From: Terriglobia bacterium | GTDB lineage: Bacteria > Acidobacteriota > Terriglobia > Acidiferrales > UBA7541 | DNA length: 64,000 nucleotides | Assembly (NCBI GenBank): GCA_041497835.1 | Contig: JBGQHF010000002.1 | Location: 16,500-80,499 of the forward strand | Direction: 5' to 3' | Shown here: piece by piece, positions 56,717-64,000 of the stretch | Position numbering within the stretch: the stretch's first letter is position 1 | Layout: each line of letters starts with the position of its first letter | Program-made: the position numbers and the translations under genes | The notes under the pieces: generated by a model | Seen by the model: only the letters and a program-made list of their open reading frames with translations | Database searches by the model: none | Told to the model about the DNA's origin: nothing

Positions 56717-57901
56717 ATGGCCACCAAACTTCAGCCAGCAACAAGCGCAGCGCCCGCCGCGAGCCTGTCGAATGAAGAAATTCTGCGTTACAGCCGCCAC
56801 CTCATCATGCCCGAAGTCGGCATGGAGGGGCAGCTCAAGCTCAAACAGGCGAAGGTGCTGCTCATCGGCACGGGCGGGCTCGGCGCTCCGCTCGGGTTGT
56901 ATCTCGCGGCCGCCGGCGTCGGCCACCTCGGCCTGGTGGACTTCGATGTCGTGGACTTCACCAATCTCCAGCGCCAGGTAACCTTCGGCACCGCCGATGT
57001 CGGCCGCCCGAAGACCGAGGCCGCGCGCGAGCGCCTCGGCAACATGAATCCGAGCATCGAGATTCAGGCCTTCGATGCGAAGCTCACCAGCGAAAACGCC
57101 CTCGAGCTATTCAAAGACTTCGACATCATCGTGGACGGCACGGACAATTTTCCCACGCGCTATCTTGTCAACGACGCCTGCGTTCTTCTCGGCAAACAAA
57201 ATGTTTACGGCTCCATCTTCCGTTTCGAGGGACAGGTCACCGTTTTCGGCGCGCCGGGCGGGCCGTGCTACCGTTGCCTCTATCCCGAGCCGCCTCCGCC
57301 GGGCCTCGTGCCTTCCTGCGCCGAAGGCGGCGTTCTCGGCGTGCTCCCGGGAATCGTCGGATCGATTCAGGCCATGGAGACCATAAAGCTCATCCTCGCC
57401 CGAGGCGACAGTCTCATCGGCCGCCTCCTGCTCTTCGATGCCCTCGGCATGAAATTCCGCGAACTGAAGCTCCGCAAGAATCCGGAGTGCCCGATCTGCG
57501 GTGACAAGCGGACCATCCGCCAACTCATCGACTACGATGAATTCTGCGGCATCCGCGGCGAAGAACCCCAGGCACCGGGCGTTCAAATACCGGAAATCGC
57601 TCCGCGCGAGCTGAAGGCTCGCCTCGATCGTGGCGACGACCTCTTCATCTTGGACGTGCGCGAGCCCCACGAATACCAGATCTGCAATCTTAAGGGTCAC
57701 CTCCTTCCGCTCGGCGAACTGCCTCGCCGTGTCCATGAACTGGATTCTTCCCGCGACATCGTGGCACACTGCCGTAGCGGCAAGCGCTCCGCAGAGGCCG
57801 TAGATTTTCTGCGCAAGGCAGGCTTCCGCAAGATTTGGAATCTCAAAGGCGGCATTCTCGCCTGGTCGGACGAAGTGGACCCGTCGGTGCCCAAGTACTG
57901 A
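56717..57901 (+). CDS. moeB: ThiF/MoeB adenylyltransferase with a rhodanese domain
   Basis: RYSRHL, GTGGLG, NLQRQ, CYRC, PSCAEGG, CPIC, HCRSGKRS. Confidence 0.93.
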   Translation: MATKLQPATSAAPAASLSNEEILRYSRHLIMPEVGMEGQLKLKQAKVLLIGTGGLGAPLGLYLAAAGVGHLGLVDFDVVDFTNLQRQVTFGTADVGRPKTEAARERLGNMNPSIEIQAFDAKLTSENALELFKDFDIIVDGTDNFPTRYLVNDACVLLGKQNVYGSIFRFEGQVTVFGAPGGPCYRCLYPEPPPPGLVPSCAEGGVLGVLPGIVGSIQAMETIKLILARGDSLIGRLLLFDALGMKFRELKLRKNPECPICGDKRTIRQLIDYDEFCGIRGEEPQAPGVQIPEIAPRELKARLDRGDDLFILDVREPHEYQICNLKGHLLPLGELPRRVHELDSSRDIVAHCRSGKRSAEAVDFLRKAGFRKIWNLKGGILAWSDEVDPSVPKY

Positions 57902-57917
57902 AGCATGGAGGCTCAGA

Positions 57918-58151
57918 ATGGCAGCAACAAGAATTACGCCGGGGCACAATGGCCCACTGCGCGTCGAAGGTGATTTCGAACTCCTCGATCCAAACGGGAA
58001 TCGTTTCGGGCTCGCGGGCCGCACGACCCTGTCTCTCTGTCGCTGCGGTCATTCTGCCAATAAGCCCTTTTGCGACGGTTCCCACAAGACCGTGGGATTC
58101 ATCGATCAGGTTCAGGCGCGAGACTTACCTCCACCGAAACCAAAGACCTAG
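57918..58151 (+). CDS. CDGSH iron-sulfur domain protein
   Basis: LCRCGHSANKPFCDGSH. Confidence 0.93.
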   Translation: MAATRITPGHNGPLRVEGDFELLDPNGNRFGLAGRTTLSLCRCGHSANKPFCDGSHKTVGFIDQVQARDLPPPKPKT

Positions 58152-58496
58152 AAGTGAAGCCGGTCGAGGCATTCTCATTCCTGAGACTGTCTCAGACTGA
58201 TACAAGTGCACCAACTCGGACCATTTTGCGCTCTATTTTCTCTAACTAATTCATAACAAAAACGATAAAATCCACCACGCAGCGAGGAACCGTTTCTCGC
58301 GCGTCTCGCCGCTGCTTCACGCCCTGTTGAAATCCGACCTGCTTATTTTATCTTCTTATATTTCAGCGACTTACAGACAGAAACTTTCCGCCGAAAAAGG
58401 TCACTGACGTGCATCTTGACGAGATTGTCCGGTTTTCATCGGGAGTTGGAGGATTTCTTGGGTGATTGGTCCAAATTCGTTGGGTTTTACCGGGAG

Positions 58497-59768
58497 ATGC
58501 GTTCGCGCCTGCTAGTCATTACCGTTGGCGCGTCCCTCGCGCTTTTCTTCGGCGGAATACTTTTGCTGCGGCACTCTAACATTTCCGGCGAGCCGCAAAC
58601 CTACCTCTATCTGGAAATTTGCGGGACTCTCCTAAGCTTTTGTTACGCGGCAAACGCCCTTGTGCGTTTCCGCGGAACGCAGGACCGCACCGCGCTGATT
58701 TTGGCGTTCGGTTTTGTCATTTCCGGAATTCTCGAAACGATTGGTTATTTCGGGCTGGCGGATCAGTTGGAATCCGGTCCCATCTCGCTCGTGAGCGTTC
58801 CGATGAGCTGGATGGTCAGCCGAACGCTCTTGGCCATACTGATCCTCGCCGCCATCGTCGTCGAGCGGCGCATGCCAACCTCGCGGCAGCCCAGCCGGGA
58901 AATCGCGGCCGCGTTTCTCGTGGTTGCGGCAGCCGCCTATCTGACAAGCGCTGCATTCCTGGCTGCTCCGGCCGCGCCGCTGGCGCGGGCGGCGAGTTTC
59001 ATCTCCCGTCCGTGGGATCTGCTTCCCGGCGCGTTATTCCTCGCTGCCTCGGTTTTCTATCTGCGCCGACTGCGCGAATTCGCCACGCTTTACGACTACG
59101 CGCTTTTCGTCATGACCCTGCTGAATACGGCGAGCCATGCCGCCGCCTGCTTCTCACGACAGTTCTTCGATGGACCATTCTTCGTCGCCGAGGTCTGCAA
59201 GACGGCGGGATACGCTGTTCTGCTCGGCGGTGCCCTGCTCGATCAGGCTCGACTCTTCGATCAGGTGCGCGCCATGGCCGTCAGCGACTCGCTCACCGGC
59301 CTTGCCAATTACCGGCGGCTCATCTCGGCACTCGTCGGAGAATTGGAACGCTCCCGCCGGAGCGGGCTGCCCTTCAGCGTCGTGCTGCTGGACATGGACG
59401 GTCTCAAGACGGTCAACGACCAGTATGGCCATCTTGTCGGAAGCCGCGCCCTGTGCCGCCTGGCGACGGTTCTGAAGCTCCATTCGCGCTCCATTGACAC
59501 CGCCGCCCGCTACGGCGGCGACGAATTCGCACTCGTTCTGCCGGAGGCTGGCCGGGAGGTTGCCGCGCGCGTGGTGGAACGCGTTCGCGAACGGCTCGTC
59601 CAGGACGGTGAGCTACCCCGGCTGTCGGTCAGCGCGGGGGCGGCTATGTTTCCCGCGGACGGCGATACGCCGGAAAAGCTTCTCGGTGCGGCGGACCATG
59701 CGCTGTATCGCATGAAACACCGCCACACAAGTCCACAAACTTTCGTCCGCATCGCCGCGTGCTTGTGA
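58497..59768 (+). CDS. Membrane-bound diguanylate cyclase
   Basis: About 7-8 TMs, DSLTGLAN, LDMDGLKTVND, RYGGDEF. Confidence 0.9.
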   Translation: MRSRLLVITVGASLALFFGGILLLRHSNISGEPQTYLYLEICGTLLSFCYAANALVRFRGTQDRTALILAFGFVISGILETIGYFGLADQLESGPISLVSVPMSWMVSRTLLAILILAAIVVERRMPTSRQPSREIAAAFLVVAAAAYLTSAAFLAAPAAPLARAASFISRPWDLLPGALFLAASVFYLRRLREFATLYDYALFVMTLLNTASHAAACFSRQFFDGPFFVAEVCKTAGYAVLLGGALLDQARLFDQVRAMAVSDSLTGLANYRRLISALVGELERSRRSGLPFSVVLLDMDGLKTVNDQYGHLVGSRALCRLATVLKLHSRSIDTAARYGGDEFALVLPEAGREVAARVVERVRERLVQDGELPRLSVSAGAAMFPADGDTPEKLLGAADHALYRMKHRHTSPQTFVRIAACL

Positions 59769-59781
59769 GAGAGAGACACCA

Positions 59782-60093
59782 GTGCCCAAAGGCAATTCCT
59801 TTCATCGCGGCGAGCGCCGCATCCCGATGGAGGTTGCCGTTGTGCTCGACGGCCATGCGGAGATGCCTGGTCTGGAAAACACTTTTACGCAAAATGTCAG
59901 CGCCCATGGAGCGCGGGTGATCACCATCCGCCGATGGGCGCCAAATGAACGGCTGACCGTCCAGTCTCCAGCCGGCGATTTTCGCTCCGCGGCCCGGGTG
60001 GCCTACTGCCAGTCTTTGCGAGGCGACGGCTTCGCGATTGGCGTGGAGTTCCTCGATTCGCGAGGGCGATGGATTGTCCAATCCCAGAAATAG
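59782..60093 (+). CDS. PilZ domain protein
   Basis: RGERR, NVSAHG, IGVEF. Confidence 0.85.
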   Translation: MPKGNSFHRGERRIPMEVAVVLDGHAEMPGLENTFTQNVSAHGARVITIRRWAPNERLTVQSPAGDFRSAARVAYCQSLRGDGFAIGVEFLDSRGRWIVQSQK

Positions 60094-60241
60094 CTTGACT
60101 CCGAGTCGAGCGGAAAGGAGGGAACGCCTGGAGCAGAAGGCAGAAACTAGCGCATGTAGTCTTCGAGAGCGCCGTGCGGAAGGAGAAGGAGCCGCCCGGC
60201 GCTTTCGTTTTTCGTCCTCGTTCTATCTGTAGGGGCGGGCT

Positions 60242-61336
60242 TCACCTCCCCCGCTCGGTCGCGCCGAGTTCCTCATAGAGCGTTATCATCTTTTCCACCA
60301 TTCCATCGGCGGAAAAATTCTGCTGAACACGCTCGCGTCCAGCTTCTCCAATCCTTCGAGCAAACTCAGGGTCACGCAGAAACCGGGCCACCGCTCCCTG
60401 GATTTCGTGCACGTCCGCCGTCTCCACCAGCAACCCGCTCTTCTCATTCTCGACGATCTCTCCGAACGCGCAGCGGTCAAACGTGATCGATGGAACCGCG
60501 TGGGCCATGGCTGCCAGCAACGACGTTCCCAATCCCTCGAAGAGCGACGGAAAGAGAAAAACGTCGAGCGCCGCATATACGTTTTCGACGTCTTTCACAA
60601 AGCCGGGGAAGAGAACCGCATCCGCAACCCCGAGCTCATGCGCATGCGCTTCCAGCTTTGGCCGCAGCGGTCCGTCTCCGGCAAGGAGCAGGCGGCAATT
60701 CGGAAATTCCGGACGCAATCCAGCCAGCGCCTGAATCAGCCACTCCTGTCCTTTGTCCGGCAGGAAAACTCCGGCACACCCTAGAAGCGGCGTTTCGGGA
60801 GAAACTCCCCAGCGCGCCCGAGCCCGGCCCCGCTGTGCGGGCGATGGGACAGCGAGAATCTCGACGCCTTCGTAGATGACGGTGATCTTTTCTCTCGCGA
60901 TGCCGCAGTTCTCGACGATTCCCGCAACCCAATGCGAATTGGCGATAATTCGCCGCGCCGCGCGATAGCGTTTTTTCGCCAGCCATGACCGCGAAAGGGG
61001 ATACCCCACGCGCCGCGAAACGACCATGGCCGTCAAGTCGTGCGCACCCGCGAGCCATGCCGCTGTCAAGGCGTGCGGCTCGTTTGCATGAATGATTTCC
61101 GGAACGGCTTCCCGAAAGATTCTGCGAATCTCCCGGTACGCATGAAGCGTGGAGAACCTGGCGGGTACCCCGTGCACGGTCTCGCCGGCTGCTCTCGCTC
61201 GCTCCGCCAGCGCGGAGCTCTCTACGGCAATGAGTTCCGCGGCGTGGCCCTGCGCCCGGAGTCCCTTGAGCAGCAGAAGCGCTTGGTTTTGTCCGCCCCG
61301 CCATTCCGTTTCGAGATCCACGAGCAGAGGTCTCAC
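60242..61336 (-). CDS. GT4-family glycosyltransferase
   Basis: WRGGQNQ, DKGQ, PSLFEGLGTSLLAAM. Confidence 0.9.
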   Translation of the reverse strand: MRPLLVDLETEWRGGQNQALLLLKGLRAQGHAAELIAVESSALAERARAAGETVHGVPARFSTLHAYREIRRIFREAVPEIIHANEPHALTAAWLAGAHDLTAMVVSRRVGYPLSRSWLAKKRYRAARRIIANSHWVAGIVENCGIAREKITVIYEGVEILAVPSPAQRGRARARWGVSPETPLLGCAGVFLPDKGQEWLIQALAGLRPEFPNCRLLLAGDGPLRPKLEAHAHELGVADAVLFPGFVKDVENVYAALDVFLFPSLFEGLGTSLLAAMAHAVPSITFDRCAFGEIVENEKSGLLVETADVHEIQGAVARFLRDPEFARRIGEAGRERVQQNFSADGMVEKMITLYEELGATERGR

Positions 61337-62124
61337 GCTTTCGCCCTCGCGCCCTGCCGCTCCGCTTCAATCAGCTTTCCAAGCTTCGCGTATTTCAGCC
61401 GCACCGCTCGCGCCGCCATTTGCGCGATGATGGCCCCGCGATATCCGTCCAGAAACCCGCGTTGCAGAAAAAAGCTTCGGAACCAGCTCCAAGGCGTCGC
61501 AAACCACAGCGCCCCCCGCTGGCTCCGCCTTCCGGCCGCGTAGAGCTGCTCTGCCGCGAGCGTCGTGTAGTGCTCGACGTTCGCTTCATGTTCCGCGAAA
61601 GAGCGCACCGTGTAGTGCAGAAGGTCGCCTTCGAGCCGCCCCGCTCTTCCTTCCATCTTCGCCGCGTCCGTTACCCGCAGCGATTCGTGCACGATTCCCT
61701 CGAACCGCGCGGCATCCCGCCGGTAGAGCCGCCGCTGAAAATCCGGATACCATCCCGAGTGTTTGATCCACGCGCCGAGATACCATGTCAGGCGTGAAAC
61801 TTCGCACACCTGCGCGGTTGGCGGACTCGCTTTCCAATTCAGCACGGAGCTCTGGAGCGTCGTGCTCAGTTCCTCATCGGCGTCCAGGGAGAAAATCCAC
61901 TCGTTCGTTGCCTGGGCGGCGGCGAAATTTTTCTGGTCCGCGTAATTGGTCCAGGCGCGCGAGAATACGCGCGCGCCATGCTCCCGCGCGATGCCGGCGG
62001 TGCGGTCCGTGCTCCCGGAATCCACCACCACAATTTCATCCGCGACGCTCTTCAGCGATGCAAGAGCGCGCGGCAGGTTGTGCTCTTCGTTGAGCGTGAT
62101 CAGACAAGCGGTAATGCGGTTCAT
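61333..62124 (-). CDS. GT2-family glycosyltransferase (KdtX/WaaE-like)
   Basis: ITLNEE, VDSGSTD, QKNFA, SLDADE, VHE. Confidence 0.9.
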   Translation of the reverse strand: MNRITACLITLNEEHNLPRALASLKSVADEIVVVDSGSTDRTAGIAREHGARVFSRAWTNYADQKNFAAAQATNEWIFSLDADEELSTTLQSSVLNWKASPPTAQVCEVSRLTWYLGAWIKHSGWYPDFQRRLYRRDAARFEGIVHESLRVTDAAKMEGRAGRLEGDLLHYTVRSFAEHEANVEHYTTLAAEQLYAAGRRSQRGALWFATPWSWFRSFFLQRGFLDGYRGAIIAQMAARAVRLKYAKLGKLIEAERQGARAKA

Positions 62125-62201
62125 ACTGCGGCCGGTGGAAGTATCTCACAGATGGATTGGCCGGAGCCGGGGGTGGCACGGCTTTGAGAGGGAGTGCAGG
62201 A

Positions 62202-62735
62202 TTACTTGGGCACCAGCGCGAGGCGAATAACGCTCGAGCCGATCCGGATTTCGGCGCCGTCCAGGAGAAAGGCGGCCCGCACTCGTTCCTCTTCGAAAAA
62301 TGTTCCGTTCGTAGAATCCAGGTCTTTCAGGTTGATGGCTTTGTCCTTCACTTCTAGCATGCAGTGATGGCGCGATACTTCCGGGTCTTCCAGCGCAAGG
62401 TCAGCTCCCGTGCGGCCGAGTGTGACGCGGGGTCTTGTCAGCTCGAACACCGTACCCTTCGAAGGTCCTGCCAGAACCGTTAGGACCACTTTGCATTCCT
62501 TCGGCAGGCTGAGTCCTTCGTAGTCGTCCCGGATTCGCAAATTCGAGTTGCTGCTGTCCGCCCGGGCGAAGGACGGCAGCGGAGAAATCACCACGGTGCT
62601 GTCCACACGGTGGCGAATCTCAATCACGGTGGTCTTTCCGCACTTCGTGCAGCGAAATTGCACCTTGGGATGGCCGCCGGTATCAGCGTCCTTCAGCAGG
62701 TGTTTCATCCCGCAATGCATGCACGTGGCTTGCAT
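62202..62735 (-). CDS. Zinc-ribbon plus FHA domain protein
   Basis: CMHC..CTKC; LGR, VSRHH, LDSTNGT. Confidence 0.88.
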   Translation of the reverse strand: MQATCMHCGMKHLLKDADTGGHPKVQFRCTKCGKTTVIEIRHRVDSTVVISPLPSFARADSSNSNLRIRDDYEGLSLPKECKVVLTVLAGPSKGTVFELTRPRVTLGRTGADLALEDPEVSRHHCMLEVKDKAINLKDLDSTNGTFFEEERVRAAFLLDGAEIRIGSSVIRLALVPK

Positions 62736-62894
62736 GGAAAAAGGGTATCACCGGCGGGCGTCGCGCGGCCGAACCCGGCGCGGCGCCGTGCGGCAAAAGT
62801 AAAGCGCAACAGGGATGTTCCGCAGGGCTCCGCGCGGACCTGTGCGCAAATATGCTAGCATGGGGGTTCCGAGCCATCCGAAGGAGAAGACGTC

Positions 62895-63614
62895 TTGTCG
62901 CAGCACATTTCGCGCAAGGAGTTGAAGCAGGACAAGTTCCGGGAATCACTCGCGCACGGCGCCGAAGCGGTTTATTCGCACAAGGCTTTTTTTACCGTTC
63001 TCCTGGCCGCGCTTGCCCTGCTCGTCGTGGGCGCCGGCGCTTGGCGCATTTATTCGGAGCGCCGCAATGTGATTGCGTCGGCGGCCCTCGAGGGAGCGAT
63101 GAAGGTTTACAACGCCCGCATCCGCGCGGCCACCGAACCCGCCGAGCCCGGCGAGGTTACCTACCTCGACGATTTTGCAAAGTTGCAGGATGCCGCGGCA
63201 AAGTTCAGCGATGTGGCGGAAAAATTCTCCCGCACCAATCCCGGCCGCCTGGCCCGCTACTACGCAGCCTTGAGCCTCGAAGGCATGGGCCGCCACAATC
63301 AGGCTCTCGAAAATTTAAGGAAGGTGGATGACAGCAGCGATAAAGAGCTCGCCGCCCTGACGCAATACCAGGTCGGCCAGATCTACTCCCGCACCGGAAA
63401 AACGGACGATGCCGTGAAGATCTACCGCGCGCTCGCCGAAAAGCCCACCGTATTCGTGCCGCGCAGCCTCGTTCTTCTCGAGATGGCCGGCCAGCTCCGC
63501 GCCGCCGATCCCAAGGAGGCGGCAAAACTTTACGCGCAGATCAAAAAGGAATTTCCGGACACGGCCATTGCCGAAGAAGCCGATCGCGGCCTTGCGGCGC
63601 TGCCGAAATCCTGA
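62895..63614 (+). CDS. Membrane-anchored TPR protein (YfgM-like)
   Basis: [13 protein letters not shown] segment, TPR-like helices. Confidence 0.8.
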   Translation: MSQHISRKELKQDKFRESLAHGAEAVYSHKAFFTVLLAALALLVVGAGAWRIYSERRNVIASAALEGAMKVYNARIRAATEPAEPGEVTYLDDFAKLQDAAAKFSDVAEKFSRTNPGRLARYYAALSLEGMGRHNQALENLRKVDDSSDKELAALTQYQVGQIYSRTGKTDDAVKIYRALAEKPTVFVPRSLVLLEMAGQLRAADPKEAAKLYAQIKKEFPDTAIAEEADRGLAALPKS

Positions 63615-63675
63615 GGGTACACGGAAGGAAGTGAATTCCGGCCCCGAGACGATTGCAGCCTCTTCCGAGCGGTTC

Positions 63676-64000
63676 ATGAACCTCGCGCCCTACGCGATGC
63701 ACGCGGAAAATTCCCGCGGGCGGCGCCATCCCGAGCCGGCTCACCCTTACCGCAGCGACTATGCGCGCGATCGCGACCGTATCATTCACTCACGCGCCTT
63801 CCGCCGCCTGGAAGCCAAGACCCAGGTTTTCACCACGCGCTATTCCGATCACTTCCGCAACCGGCTCACGCACACACTGGAGGTGGCACAGATCGCCCGC
63901 ACGGTCGCCGGCGCGCTCGGTCTGAATACGGAGTTGGCGGAGGCGCTTGCGCTCGCACACGACGTGGGCCATCCGCCCTTCGGACATGCCGGCGAGCACA
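63676..64000 (+). CDS. dgt: dGTP triphosphohydrolase (HD family), 3'-partial
   Basis: [42 protein letters not shown]; alternative GTG start at 63631. Confidence 0.93.
   Translation, partial: MNLAPYAMHAENSRGRRHPEPAHPYRSDYARDRDRIIHSRAFRRLEAKTQVFTTRYSDHFRNRLTHTLEVAQIARTVAGALGLNTELAEALALAHDVGHPPFGHAGEH

Noticed and set aside
15801-58151. Apparent clustering of thiol/sulfur genes (bstA, trxB, tlpA, Rrf2, egtBD, ggt, DinB, cysM-moeB) as one system
   Set aside because: Spread over 42 kb in separate operons among unrelated housekeeping genes; no shared operator seen
60229-60256. GTAGGGGCGGGC REP-like start overlapping the glycosyltransferase stop
   Set aside because: Palindrome is imperfect and the sequence is single-copy in the window

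Overview
High-GC bacterial chromosomal window, most consistent with an Acidobacteriota (Terriglobia/Acidiferrales-like) genome; this is inferred from gene families and repeat types only. It is mostly housekeeping: an FTR1/FtsX-type iron-uptake operon, mscL, cyclophilin, trxB, proline dehydrogenase, a GH57 enzyme, ergothioneine synthesis (egtB/egtD) next to a QAC-type ABC importer, ddl, arginase, asnS, ggt, mqnD, an ECF sigma/FecR pair, a cysM-JAB-ubiquitin-like-moeB sulfur relay, a GGDEF-PilZ pair, glycosyltransferases and a partial dGTPase. There are two accessory regions. (1) About 10.2-15.6 kb is a lower-GC patch with REP-like repeats, a DUF2806-like gene and a putative restriction endonuclease plus a small phage-Dam-like methyltransferase. 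(2) 20362-24862 is the most striking object: a 4.5 kb element bounded by a 16-bp direct repeat that overlaps the predicted ferredoxin promoter. It carries a tyrosine integrase split at an A7 slippery run, nine tiny ORFs (most translationally coupled) with no recognisable replication, capsid or transfer gene, a ~1.06 kb stretch tiled with perfect GC-rich hairpins, and at least 20 copies of the heptamer GGACACC. Other notable items are an ABC ATPase fused to a DtxR/MntR-type metal-binding domain, a sulfur-carrier protein whose post-GG tail is encoded by a repeat element, and a candidate rod-shaped ncRNA at 821-970. No CRISPR array, tRNA or rRNA was seen. All family assignments come from motif recognition without database searches.
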